DNA from: an uncultured Spirochaetota bacterium
GTDB taxonomy: Bacteria; Spirochaetota; B62-G9; DRHN01
Direction of reading: 5' to 3'
Assembly (NCBI GenBank): GCA_964583615.1
Contig: CAZOWM010000013.1
Span: 6,237 to 70,236, forward strand
DNA length: 64,000 bases
The first letter of the stretch is position 1. Each line of letters opens with the position of its first letter. The position numbers and the translations under genes are program-made. The notes beneath the pieces were generated by a model that saw only the letters and a list, made by a program, of their open reading frames with translations, was not told the origin of the DNA and searched no databases. This document shows, piece after piece, positions 10,133 through 19,976 of the stretch.

Positions 10133-10404
10133 TTTATTACTCCACCACTATTGTTTTCATTATTTAACAACACAACTAACGAATATATTGCAAATTGAAG
10201 TACTGCCCTTGCCATGACATGCTTTACACTGTTTATCACCCTACCCGGGAGTGCTCTGCGTAAAAAAAGCTGTATTTGAGCAACTTTCATTTCTAATTCG
10301 CTCACATGTTATCCTATTTTCTTCATTAATTCAACTTGAAACCGAACAGGTTATAGTGCGGGAAGGGAAGTGGTTTAAGGATCGCCTCTGGATATTGGCC
10401 ACAC

Positions 10405-10427
10405 AATAAAAATGGCCCTGAGGGCCC
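10405..10427 (-). terminator. Rho-independent terminator downstream of ogt
   Basis: Minus-strand GGGCC-TCA-GGGCC hairpin (plus-strand 10414..10427) followed by ATTTTTATT. Confidence 0.55.
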
Positions 10428-10461
10428 ACAGTTCTCAAAAAATTTCACAACATGCACCATA

Positions 10462-11046
10462 TCAGTAGTAAAATCGGCCTTCGGCCACCGTTCCGCCTTC
10501 GAGAACCGAAACCCCCTCCATTTTCAGCAGCGCGCTCTTCATGGCCGCTCCCCCCTGGTACCCTCCAAGCGTGCCGTCGGAACGGATGGTTCTGTGACAG
10601 GGAATGATAAGAGGAAATGGATTATTTGCAAGGCACATACCAGCAGCGCGAGCTCCGTTCGGTTTCCCTGCGTGAGCGGCCAGCCGCCGGTAGGTGCTCA
10701 CATATCCCCGGGAGATCGCATGCTCAGCTCCGAGGATCTTTTTCTGGAAATCCGAGCAGAGGTCCATCCGGACTGCGTCGAGAGAAAATGCGACGTCCTC
10801 TCCTGAAAGAAATGCCTCGATATTCTCTGAAACATCATCAATGTCCCGGCACGAATCATTCGACGCAGCAGGAAACGAGAACCACACCCGCTCAATGGCC
10901 TGTCCGTCTGAATTCGAAAAAACGACACGATAAATTTTCGGCCGCTTTTCATGCACATGCCACAGTACGGCGATCTGCCCATAGGGGCTCGAGATGAAAT
11001 GTACTGACATCGAGTCGTTTTTTACGATCCTCACATGTTCCACCAT
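10462..11046 (-). CDS. ogt: Methylated-DNA--protein-cysteine methyltransferase
   Basis: Active-site PCHR motif (IIPCHRTIRSDGTLGGY) and MGMT-type C-terminal domain. Confidence 0.85.
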   Translation of the reverse strand: MVEHVRIVKNDSMSVHFISSPYGQIAVLWHVHEKRPKIYRVVFSNSDGQAIERVWFSFPAASNDSCRDIDDVSENIEAFLSGEDVAFSLDAVRMDLCSDFQKKILGAEHAISRGYVSTYRRLAAHAGKPNGARAAGMCLANNPFPLIIPCHRTIRSDGTLGGYQGGAAMKSALLKMEGVSVLEGGTVAEGRFYY

Positions 11047-11108
11047 CGTACTTACCCCGGCTTGGATCCTAAAATACCATACTCACTTTTCCATGTGGTT
11101 GATACAAT

Positions 11109-12086
11109 TCATGTGACCGACTGTATCCGTTTTTCCCGCTCTTCAAGCAGTGCATCGATCTTTTTTATCTCCTCCTCATCCAGCTCCCAGTCTACCGCAC
11201 CGGCGGTCTCTTCTATTTGTGACGGCCTTCGCGCACCCACGATTGCTGCGGTTACCTCCGGCCTTCGCAGGACCCATGCGATCGAGAGCTGTGCGAGAGT
11301 TTTCTTCCTTTTTTCTGCAATCGGACGCAGCCGGTCGACGAACTCGAAATTGATGCTCAGCTGAGGCTCCTGAAAGTATGGCTGACGCAGCCGGTGATCT
11401 CTTTTATCGAGTGCTGCCACGCGTTCCTTTGTGAATTTCCCTGTGAGAAGCCCGCGCTGCATCGGGCTGTAGGGGATGACCCCTATTTCGTTTTTCCCGC
11501 AATAGGGCAAAATCTCATCCTCGACGTCACGGATGATCATGCTGTACGGAGGCTGAAGCGATGCAACACGGTGGATTCGGCCCAGCCGTTCCATCTGCTC
11601 AACGCTGCAGTTGCTCACCGCTATGTAGCGGACCTTGCCTTCCTGAACCAGCTCAGCCATGGCGGTCCACGCTTCTTCGATATCCTCGTCCGGCCGCGGC
11701 CAGTGAATCTGGTAGAGATCGATCACCTCGATGTCGAGCCTCCGGAGGCTCGCCTCCACCTCTCTGCGAACGCTCTCGCGTTTTAAAACTCCGCTCACTT
11801 TTCCATGCTCATCCCATACGAGCCCCAGCTTGGTCGCAATGACCGGTTTTTTCTCAACGCCTTTGAGCGCTTCACGAACAACTTCCTCCGCCCTCCCGAG
11901 GCCGTACACGGGCGCAGTGTCGATCCAGTTGATTCCCAGCTCGAGCGCCCTTCGAATCATCGCAATCGACTCCCCGTCATCCTGAGGGCCCCATCCGCCA
12001 AACCATTCTGCCCCGCCTATGGGAAACGTCCCGATTCCAACTTTTGTGAGCTCGAGCGCGGTCCATCCGAGCTTTTTTGTTTTCAT
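11109..12086 (-). CDS. Aldo/keto reductase family oxidoreductase
   Basis: Full-length AKR (ALELGINWIDTAPVYG; IAVSNCSVEQ…). Start placed at MKTKKLG. Confidence 0.85.
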   Translation of the reverse strand: MKTKKLGWTALELTKVGIGTFPIGGAEWFGGWGPQDDGESIAMIRRALELGINWIDTAPVYGLGRAEEVVREALKGVEKKPVIATKLGLVWDEHGKVSGVLKRESVRREVEASLRRLDIEVIDLYQIHWPRPDEDIEEAWTAMAELVQEGKVRYIAVSNCSVEQMERLGRIHRVASLQPPYSMIIRDVEDEILPYCGKNEIGVIPYSPMQRGLLTGKFTKERVAALDKRDHRLRQPYFQEPQLSINFEFVDRLRPIAEKRKKTLAQLSIAWVLRRPEVTAAIVGARRPSQIEETAGAVDWELDEEEIKKIDALLEEREKRIQSVT

Positions 12087-12300
12087 GGTTCTCACCTTTC
12101 TGTCAGGAGTTAGTAGAAATATAAACATATCTTAATATAATCATCTTCAGCACTTTGCCCTCATGGTTTCCACTGGATTTTTTGAATATGTATTCTTTAT
12201 AAGACAAAAAAACGTACATGTGCGGCGAATAAAATAAAAAGTAAGATTGTAACCGGTATTTCGCTCCTTTTATATCCTCAACGTACTGTTAAAATTTCTC

Positions 12301-13848
12301 CTATTCCTGAAGACCCCTCATAAACCGGTCGAGCTTTTTGTGCACAGGTTTCAGGGCCACATAGGCCTCCTTGAATATTTCGTAAATCTTTGCGTACAAT
12401 TCGGTTTTATCCTTGTCGGGATTTTCAACGCTCATCGACCTGACCATCGATTCTGCGCCGAGAATGCTCTCTTTTACTCCAACACCGACGAATCCCGCGA
12501 TTGCCGCGCCAAGGGAAGTAGCTTCCTCTTTGTAGTACATTTCCACGATCGGTTTTCCCCAGACATCCGCCATCAGCTTTCTCAGAAACCTGTTCCCCGC
12601 TCCCCCGCCGATCAGGCGGACTTCTTTTACCTTTTCTCCGTTTTCCTCAAGTACATCGAGAATGAGCTTGAGGTGATAGACAGTCCCTTCGAGGACCGAG
12701 CGGATAATCTGGTGCCTGCCCGCGACACGGGTAAGCCCGAGGAATGCTCCTTTTACCTCCGAGTCCCAGTATGGGCTCCGTTCTCCCATGAGATAGGGCA
12801 AAAAAAGCACCCCGCTGGACCCCGGGCCCGCTTCTTCCGCCTCAAGCGAGAGGACCCTGTACGAAGAAATGCCGATCCGGTCTCCCAAAAGCGCTTCCGC
12901 TCCTCCGATCCATCCGTTCAGCCACTCAAAGGACCCTCCTGCTGACTGCATCGTTCCGACCCCCATATACAGGTTTTCATCGAGGTGGCTGAGGATAAAT
13001 GTTCTGCGCTCACCGTCATAGAGCGGAGTGTCAGTGGTGACTGACGTCCATGAGGATGTTCCGTATATGTTGTAGCAGTCCCCCGGTTTTGATGCACCCG
13101 CCCCCACCGTGGCGCACGGCCCGTCACCGCCTCCGATTACCACGGGAATCCCTTCCGGAAGGCCGAGCTCCTCGGCGGCCGCTTTTTTGAGTTTCCCCGC
13201 GATACAGGTTGAGGGGATTGGTTTCGGCAGTTTGTCCATATCGATATTCAGGTGCGAGACGATATGCTCGCTCCACTGTTTCTTCTGCAGATCGAAGAGA
13301 TTCGTTCCCGAGGCGTCGGAGTAATCGGTGACGTATTCTCCGGTCAGAAGGAATGCGATATAATCTTTCGGCTGAAGAAACTTGTGTGTCTTTTTATACA
13401 CCTCCGGATAATTACTTCGAAGCCACAGAATTTTTGCGGCGAGGTAATTTGCAATAAACACCGTGCCGGTCACCCTGTACGCCATGTCGTCGCCTATCTC
13501 CTTTGAGAGAAAGTCTCTCTCCTGAAATGCCCTCTGATCGCTCCAGATAATTGCATTGTACAACGGGTCACCGTCTTCTGAAACAGGAGAGCAGCACATC
13601 ATGTGGCCGCTGAAGCTGATCGCAACGATCTGTTTCTTCGCCTCCGGCACCTTGCTCAGGAGATCTACTGTCGATTCCTTCACGGCTTTCCACCAGTCTC
13701 GCTGGTTCTGCTCGGCCCACCCCGGACGGGGATAAACTGTTTCGTATCCCATGAAACTGCTTGCACGCATCTTCCCATCAGAATCGAACAATGTCGCCTT
13801 GTTCCCCGATGTCCCAAGATCGTGGGCAATGACCAATTCCTTTTTCAT
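12301..13848 (-). CDS. FGGY-family carbohydrate kinase (xylulokinase/gluconokinase-like)
   Basis: MKKELVIAHDLGTSGNK N-terminal motif. 515 aa with both FGGY domains. 25 nt downstream of the TK-like gene (likely operon). Confidence 0.8.
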   Translation of the reverse strand: MKKELVIAHDLGTSGNKATLFDSDGKMRASSFMGYETVYPRPGWAEQNQRDWWKAVKESTVDLLSKVPEAKKQIVAISFSGHMMCCSPVSEDGDPLYNAIIWSDQRAFQERDFLSKEIGDDMAYRVTGTVFIANYLAAKILWLRSNYPEVYKKTHKFLQPKDYIAFLLTGEYVTDYSDASGTNLFDLQKKQWSEHIVSHLNIDMDKLPKPIPSTCIAGKLKKAAAEELGLPEGIPVVIGGGDGPCATVGAGASKPGDCYNIYGTSSWTSVTTDTPLYDGERRTFILSHLDENLYMGVGTMQSAGGSFEWLNGWIGGAEALLGDRIGISSYRVLSLEAEEAGPGSSGVLFLPYLMGERSPYWDSEVKGAFLGLTRVAGRHQIIRSVLEGTVYHLKLILDVLEENGEKVKEVRLIGGGAGNRFLRKLMADVWGKPIVEMYYKEEATSLGAAIAGFVGVGVKESILGAESMVRSMSVENPDKDKTELYAKIYEIFKEAYVALKPVHKKLDRFMRGLQE

Positions 13849-13873
13849 TTTTCACTCCTCATTTATAACGGTT

Positions 13874-15049
13874 TCAAATCTGAAACCGCCTGTTTTCAAC
13901 GAGACGTTCATTGATATATTCCATGTCAGCGCCGATCTGCGCAGCAACATATTTCATCTGATCGAGACTCAGCGCGTTCTCCTCGACAAAGAGATAAAGA
14001 AGCGCTTTCTCGGCAATGCAATCGACTCTGAGGGCTCGCATCATGATAGGCTGCGTTTCTTCTTTGTTCATGTAACTTTCTTCAAAATGCTTGTATATTT
14101 CCGACTTTTTTGTTTCGGCCCGGATTCTCTTCAGCTCACTGATCAGAGGCGTGAGGTTTCCGCTGTAGGCAAGCTCTCCGAGGGGCTTCAAAATGAGGAA
14201 CGTATATTCCTTTCCCGGCAGGTAGTGATGACTGTCGCATCGAGTGGAATAATTCGGAACCCTCGGGTCTTTGTACAGTCTGTCGCCCCCCACGATGATG
14301 AGCGGATCAAAAAACAGGGCGGGGCATTCATCGCCATCCACGACATAGTAACGGTAGGTGTAGTAAGAGTCCAGAATACAGTCAGGGTGCTCACAGTATG
14401 CGGTCAACGGGAACACATCGGTTGCAATTTCCATGAGGAGCCGGGATGTCCGGTTGAATATGTCTTTTCGGAAATTGAGAATCAGCATCGGAAAAATGAA
14501 GTTCATGTGTAAATGACGGGAGTAATGCTGTATTACATAGGCGATGCGCTCATCAAAGAAATTTGCCTCGTCGATGATCCACGTACCCACATCTTTCCTC
14601 AGCTCGAGTATCTCTTCGAGCTCGAAGGAGTTGGAAATTCTCGCAGTATTTTCACCCATACGCTCATAGCCGCCGCGAAAAGGAAGCGCATCCTCCGGGC
14701 AGTTCTCGAACCGCTTGCTGTCGATTTTCGACCTGATGTAAAACACGTTTCGCCGATCTGCTGCTCCATCCGTGGTCCTTTCCCGAACAACCGCGGATTT
14801 GTTCAGCGCCACCTGTGAATCCCTGAATATACGGGCGGAAAATTCCGTTTTTCCTGACCCCATGGGACCGATGATGAGGATTCTTCTGTTCTGCTTCCGA
14901 AAGTCATAGTGATTTATGGAATGGTGGATACGCAGATCAGGGAACCCCAGGCTCTTCAAAAAATACTTTGTCTGCAGTTCATTTTCAACGAGTGCCAACG
15001 CTTTTTCCTCGCACCTCTCCGAAAGATTATGCGACTCATTATAGAACAC
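13874..15049 (-). CDS. Extended thymidine-kinase-fold P-loop protein (TK-like core with extra N- and C-terminal regions)
   Basis: GPMGSGKTEFS (TK: GPMFSGKS/T), WIIDEANFF (TK: IDEAQFF), lasso/zinc-ribbon region CEHPDC…IVGGDRLY…RCDSHHY (TK: VIGGADKYHSVCRLCY). Total 391 aa versus about 190 for canonical TK. No homology recognised for the roughly 90-aa C-terminal tail. Confidence 0.5.
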   Translation of the reverse strand: MFYNESHNLSERCEEKALALVENELQTKYFLKSLGFPDLRIHHSINHYDFRKQNRRILIIGPMGSGKTEFSARIFRDSQVALNKSAVVRERTTDGAADRRNVFYIRSKIDSKRFENCPEDALPFRGGYERMGENTARISNSFELEEILELRKDVGTWIIDEANFFDERIAYVIQHYSRHLHMNFIFPMLILNFRKDIFNRTSRLLMEIATDVFPLTAYCEHPDCILDSYYTYRYYVVDGDECPALFFDPLIIVGGDRLYKDPRVPNYSTRCDSHHYLPGKEYTFLILKPLGELAYSGNLTPLISELKRIRAETKKSEIYKHFEESYMNKEETQPIMMRALRVDCIAEKALLYLFVEENALSLDQMKYVAAQIGADMEYINERLVENRRFQI

Positions 15050-15209
15050 TCTCCATAATATATCCAGCGTTCGTTGTTTTCCTTCTCATCGAAAAATTAC
15101 CGGGATATTTCCATGAAGTGCGCAAACACGTGCACTTGAGCTTTACTGATCGCCGGTTCTATAATACTATATAGACACGGGAGAACACGAATTATCGGAG
15201 AATGGGAGG

Positions 15210-15629
15210 TTGAATATGGAACTGGTTAAAACAGAATGGAAAAGGGAAATGGCGTTTGATTCAGAGGTACACGGTCATCATGTGGTCATAGATTCTGAAC
15301 CGGAGTTCGGGGGAAAAAATCGGGGCCCAGGGCCCAAAGCCCTGGTTCTCACGTCGCTCAGCGGTTGTACCGGAATGGATGTTCTTTCCATTCTGAACAA
15401 GATGCGGGTGAGCCCTGACCAGTTCAGAGTAATCGCGCGTGCTGAGCAAAGCGAAGATCACCCGAAAGTGTACACCTCCATTCATCTCATCTATGAGTTC
15501 AAAGGAAAGGATCTCCCAATGGACAAACTGCGGAAGGCGGTTGATCTGTCGCAGGAGCGGTACTGCGGGGTGAGCGCGATGCTGAGAAAAGCATGCACCC
15601 TCACTTTCGAAATAAAAATTCTTGAGTAA
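15210..15629 (+). CDS. OsmC/Ohr-family peroxiredoxin-like protein
   Basis: 139 aa. OsmC fold motifs (GPGPKALVLTSLSGCTGMDV) and second conserved Cys (RYCGVS). Confidence 0.85.
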   Translation: MNMELVKTEWKREMAFDSEVHGHHVVIDSEPEFGGKNRGPGPKALVLTSLSGCTGMDVLSILNKMRVSPDQFRVIARAEQSEDHPKVYTSIHLIYEFKGKDLPMDKLRKAVDLSQERYCGVSAMLRKACTLTFEIKILE

Positions 15630-15733
15630 ATACTCGCGCTTTTCGAACACTGCCCAGGCAAGCCGCATCTGAAAGGGGGAACCGCTTTTTTCATCCGCAT
15701 ACCAAATCGAGGCTTTTTCCGGGAGGTCCGGGG

Positions 15734-16831
15734 TCAACCCTGGGCTAATTTTTCCGCCTCACGCTCCACAGCATCGAGTTCTTCTTTTGACCCCAGCACC
15801 TGAAAATCGATCACCACCTCGTGTGTATGCTGCCCATCTATAAACGAGAGTTTACCAGACTCTCTGAGCACTCCTCTTCCGAGCGGCTGGGCAGTCCCAG
15901 GTTCGAGTCCGAGCACATAGAATCCCTTCCTCGGCATCTTCCATTCAGTAAATACGGGAAGCTGATTTTTATTGAACCTGAGAACAATTCCGAGGGCCGT
16001 ACCGTTACCGATGTCTCTGTTCAGGAGCGCCATGAAGGTGTTGCCGTCCCTGTCCGTGTTGAGAGTATGAAAAAAGACCTTCTCGTTGTAACCTTGAACC
16101 GGATCGGGAAACCGCATGCATTCCTCAACACCCCTGTCCCGTGCCGCCTCCTCGTCTCTCGGCTCTGTGTGAAGCACTGGACCGACAATACGGGCATTGG
16201 GGCCAAGGAGCGGGAAACCGAAATTAAAGTGGTAGAGCATCATGAGGGGCTGAGGTTCAAACCCCCGGTTTTCGATTATATCCATTATTCTGAAACTTCT
16301 CGAACCGAGGTGCGTCTCGATTGTCCGCGTCAGCGTGAGGTTCTCGAACATCGCCTTTGCTTCCCGCACCATACCCTTGAGAGAAATTACATATTCATCA
16401 TTCTCCCAGTGCTGGTCGACACACACGTTTTCCGCTGCCGCATTTGCCACCCTTCCGTGCAGACCGTAGTGTTCTCCCCTGTCGGTGCTGGGTGCACCTG
16501 AGTTCGCGATTCCACAGGTTGTGAGAAGACCGGCAAAAAAACTTCTCAGCCACCCAAGACCGGGCTCCTCGTAGTATGAAGGAGAGGTGATTCCCGTTCC
16601 GGAGAAAAAGCTCAACGCGTTTCCTTGAAAAAACGCCTCAGGGATGTCCATTCCCCTTCCCGGCAAAACGGTAAACTGCAAACCTCCTCCGGATCGCACG
16701 GATACACCACGAACCCCCTGCGCTTTTCCTTCTGCGTACTCGAAGAACCGTGCCCCTGCAATCTGAGCCGGATCACCGATCCACTCCCGAAGTTCCTCTC
16801 TCGTCCACTGTTTTCCAAGATATTCGGCCAT
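15734..16831 (-). CDS. Hypothetical protein, possibly galactose-mutarotase-like (aldose-1-epimerase superfamily)
   Basis: 365 aa. YHFNFGFP and other beta-sandwich-like motifs. Assignment is weak. Confidence 0.35.
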   Translation of the reverse strand: MAEYLGKQWTREELREWIGDPAQIAGARFFEYAEGKAQGVRGVSVRSGGGLQFTVLPGRGMDIPEAFFQGNALSFFSGTGITSPSYYEEPGLGWLRSFFAGLLTTCGIANSGAPSTDRGEHYGLHGRVANAAAENVCVDQHWENDEYVISLKGMVREAKAMFENLTLTRTIETHLGSRSFRIMDIIENRGFEPQPLMMLYHFNFGFPLLGPNARIVGPVLHTEPRDEEAARDRGVEECMRFPDPVQGYNEKVFFHTLNTDRDGNTFMALLNRDIGNGTALGIVLRFNKNQLPVFTEWKMPRKGFYVLGLEPGTAQPLGRGVLRESGKLSFIDGQHTHEVVIDFQVLGSKEELDAVEREAEKLAQG

Positions 16832-16892
16832 TTTACGTCCTCCTTTTTTTCACCGCAAGATTGGAAGCCCCGACGGGGACAACGCCTCGTTC

Positions 16893-18488
16893 TTACCGGT
16901 CAGTGGAATACACACTCGAGGGCCTCACGATGAGCTCGTTACTGAACCCGCTTTCCTGATCTGCTTCATCAATGGCGGTAATGCTGAAAAAGTACACTTC
17001 TTCGTTTTCGAGCCCCTCCACGACAAATGATTCAACCAGGCCAACGATAAACGGTGATTTTCCCGCCTTTGCGTGTTTCCCGAAGTAATTTTTCGAGCCA
17101 TTTCCGTAATATATCTTGTAGTCCTTCAGATCGCTTTCCTTGTTTTTTACCCACACGAGACGAACCGCCCCATTCTGCGGCTGAGCCTCGAGCAGAATCG
17201 GCGCAAACGGCGGAGGATCAAGCTCGAGTGTTACCCGCAGCGAGAGAAGAGATGGTGTATACAGGCTTTTCGTTCCGTATAAAAGGGCCTTCCACTGAAA
17301 ATACCTCCCTCCCGGAGGTTGCTCGACGATACGCTCTCCATTTCTCACCTGTATCCACCCCGGCAGGGTATAGGGGAGTCCGGCCGTGGAAACCGTGGAT
17401 GAATCCGGCGAATCCATCCGCTGCTCATCATCAGCTTCAGAGGATGGATCAAAGTAGATTTCCGAAAACCGAAAGAACACGCGCACTGCGGTTCCGTTTT
17501 TCTCTGAAGCGTCCCATTGAATGTCCACGATTCTTGTCCCCTTGTGCCCGATGTCAATCACATCACTCTTTATCTCACCGTAATCCCTGAAGTTCCCCAG
17601 GTAAAATCGAGGCCTTCCCTTCGAGATTCGCAGCTCATCGACATACCCATAGTAGCTCTTTCCTATCGCGATCGGTACCTTCAAATAAGGCGAGAAATAC
17701 CCCCTCAGCCGCGTGCTCCCCTCCGTTCCATCAACCGTGATCCACCGGATATTGCTCTCCTCGCCGTCATTCAAAAGGGTAAGCATACCGTTTGAGGCGT
17801 CATATATGAGTGCATGATGGTGCCACTCCCTCAGCCGGATTTCCGTGTTTTCCGCGATCAATACGTCGTGGCGCTTTCCACTGCTGTCCTGAAAAAGATG
17901 CTCGAGAAGCCAGAAGAGCTTGCCTCCACGAAAAAATGCCTTTATCCCCGTATACCTTCCGTTCAGTTCGACGACAGGCGCATGCCAGGAAAATACCTCG
18001 CTCCCGTCGTGAATCGAGGTGGGGCAGAGATAAAAATCGATTGTGAAGCTCTCGATCTCGCTTCGGGTCTGAAAGATGCTGCCCTCAAGGGGAATGATTT
18101 CAATGATGTTTTCATAGTGCAAAAACCCGGCGGACCGGTCTCCGAACTTCTTGATGTCCGGGGAAGGAAATATATCCACCTCCCCTTCACGGTAGAGTTC
18201 GGATTGAAAAAATATCCGGTCTCTCATACTCAGATCGAAATTGAGGAGCAGTTCCGTGTGCTCGTCCTTTCGCGGGCTGTTGTCCGCGAGCTGAACAGCA
18301 TATTCCTGGAGAGGACCCCTTTTCTTTGTCGTGTCGGTGAACGAAAATATGCCATGCCACCCATCTCCTCCTCCCCATTGAAGCGATCGGAGCTCGGATT
18401 TTCCGATAAACTCGGTCTGCGCAGAAACCTCGACCGGAAGGACAGCCAGAAACAGAAAGAGAAGAATGATGCGCGTGTTTCTTTTCAT
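16893..18488 (-). CDS. Secreted protein with C-terminal fibronectin type III domain
   Basis: Signal peptide MKRNTRIILLFLFLAVLPVEVSA. C-terminal Fn3-like segment (PPPFAPILLEAQ…VRLVWVKNK…YKIYYG…FFSITAIDEADQES). 4-nt overlap with the upstream gene. Confidence 0.5.
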   Translation of the reverse strand: MKRNTRIILLFLFLAVLPVEVSAQTEFIGKSELRSLQWGGGDGWHGIFSFTDTTKKRGPLQEYAVQLADNSPRKDEHTELLLNFDLSMRDRIFFQSELYREGEVDIFPSPDIKKFGDRSAGFLHYENIIEIIPLEGSIFQTRSEIESFTIDFYLCPTSIHDGSEVFSWHAPVVELNGRYTGIKAFFRGGKLFWLLEHLFQDSSGKRHDVLIAENTEIRLREWHHHALIYDASNGMLTLLNDGEESNIRWITVDGTEGSTRLRGYFSPYLKVPIAIGKSYYGYVDELRISKGRPRFYLGNFRDYGEIKSDVIDIGHKGTRIVDIQWDASEKNGTAVRVFFRFSEIYFDPSSEADDEQRMDSPDSSTVSTAGLPYTLPGWIQVRNGERIVEQPPGGRYFQWKALLYGTKSLYTPSLLSLRVTLELDPPPFAPILLEAQPQNGAVRLVWVKNKESDLKDYKIYYGNGSKNYFGKHAKAGKSPFIVGLVESFVVEGLENEEVYFFSITAIDEADQESGFSNELIVRPSSVYSTDR

Positions 18489-19249
18489 ATATTGAGCACC
18501 TTTTTAGAAACATAATCGAATATGATCATTGATTCCATGACCGAGAGCTCACTACTGATAATCGGAATAACCGTCAACTTTGCCTTGTATACAGCATCTC
18601 CGGATTTTATTTTCAGATCCGCCAAGATCTGATTTTTCGGCTTCTTTTTTATCTCTATGAGCGCATTATCGAGCTGTTCATTCTCCAGCACTTTATCAAT
18701 CGGAAGTCCGACAACTGTTTTTGCCCCAATGTTGAGAAGCTTCCTGATCTGCCCATTCGCATATGAGACCTTGTTCTCGCCCGTGAGAATGATGACCCCT
18801 TTCTCTATGTTTTCAGACAGGGCGGTGATCTTTTGCTGCGATGTTCTCAGTCTTTCAACCTTTATTCTGTCGAACTCCTGCACCTTCTCAACAAATTTGT
18901 TCAGCCATCTTCCCAGATTGCCGAATTCATCGGTCTCAGGAAATTGGATTTTGAGGTTGAAATTCGTGGTCCTTTCACTTGACAGTCTTTCGATAATCCG
19001 CTTGTAGGCCGTAAATCCCCTTCTTCTCATAATGAAGAATATAAAAGAGCTCACAATGAAACCAGTTCCGAATAAAAATATTACGATAAGCCTGAACACT
19101 CTCGTACCGAACACAATCGAAGCATCACCCCATTCATATCCAACCAGGAGAGGAGGACCGCCCACTACAATGGCAAATCCGCCGAAAAGAAAAAACAGAA
19201 AGGCAAACAGGCTGTATACACGCATAAAAAAGGTAAATGACAGCTTCAT
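18485..19249 (-). CDS. Membrane protein with cytoplasmic sensor-like domain (hypothetical)
   Basis: Three N-terminal TM helices, then a charged helical linker and alpha/beta domain. No catalytic motif recognised. Confidence 0.4.
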   Translation of the reverse strand: MKLSFTFFMRVYSLFAFLFFLFGGFAIVVGGPPLLVGYEWGDASIVFGTRVFRLIVIFLFGTGFIVSSFIFFIMRRRGFTAYKRIIERLSSERTTNFNLKIQFPETDEFGNLGRWLNKFVEKVQEFDRIKVERLRTSQQKITALSENIEKGVIILTGENKVSYANGQIRKLLNIGAKTVVGLPIDKVLENEQLDNALIEIKKKPKNQILADLKIKSGDAVYKAKLTVIPIISSELSVMESMIIFDYVSKKVLNI

Positions 19250-19262
19250 GGCATTCCCCCGA

Positions 19263-19964
19263 CTATTCTTCTCTTTCTACAAATTTTTCGACCTCTGTGA
19301 TGGCTCTTTCACTTCCAACCATCACAAGCACGTCCCCTTCCTCGAACACATCGTCCGGGGAAGGAAAATCAACATACTTTTCAATATACACGTTTTGTCC
19401 GTCCTCCGTCACATGCGGAATCCTTTTTTTTATTCCCACGATATTGACGCCGAACCTGGACCTCAGATTCATCTCCCTGATCGTAATGCCGACGAAACTG
19501 TCGGCAACCACGACTTCCGCAATAGTGTGCTCCTCGGAGATATCGAGATGGTGAAGTATATGCGTTGAGCTCAATCTGCGCGCCAGCCTCATACCCATTT
19601 CGTCTTCAGGGGATATGATCTCATCCACCCCGATAAGAGAGAGTATCTGCCTGTGCGCCGGAGAGTTTGCACGGGCGATGATTTTCGGGACTTCGAGTTT
19701 CTTCAAGAGCAGGGCAGTCAGGATACTCGCCTCCATGTCATCTCCTATCGCAATAATCGCGCAGTCAATTCTGCTGATGTCGACTGCCCGAAGAGCCTCT
19801 TCCAGGGTGCTGTCAAGAACGGCAGCCTGTGTCACCTCGTTTTTAATCGTTTCGATACCCTGCTCGTTCTTGTCGACAACGATGACCTCCATTCCTTCGG
19901 CCATAAGATTTTTCGCCACAGATATGCCGAACACACCAAGTCCGAACACCGCAAACTGTTTCAT
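19263..19964 (-). CDS. trkA: TrkA/KtrA-type potassium transporter NAD-binding subunit
   Basis: Rossmann motif FGLGVFG at the N-terminus (TrkA-N), followed by TrkA-C. 233 aa. Confidence 0.85.
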   Translation of the reverse strand: MKQFAVFGLGVFGISVAKNLMAEGMEVIVVDKNEQGIETIKNEVTQAAVLDSTLEEALRAVDISRIDCAIIAIGDDMEASILTALLLKKLEVPKIIARANSPAHRQILSLIGVDEIISPEDEMGMRLARRLSSTHILHHLDISEEHTIAEVVVADSFVGITIREMNLRSRFGVNIVGIKKRIPHVTEDGQNVYIEKYVDFPSPDDVFEEGDVLVMVGSERAITEVEKFVEREE

Positions 19965-19976
19965 CTTCCACCTCCA

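Noticed and set aside
10130-10460. Looked for a tRNA or tmRNA gene or att-like direct repeats flanking the AT-rich restriction-modification island
   Set aside because: No T-arm (GTTCNANTC) or acceptor-like structure and no convincing direct repeats at either boundary. The only structured element is the ogt terminator hairpin.
12340-14512. Plus-strand ORFs of 201 aa and 253 aa opposite the FGGY kinase and TK-like genes
   Set aside because: Antisense to well-supported genes. Composition is not protein-like.
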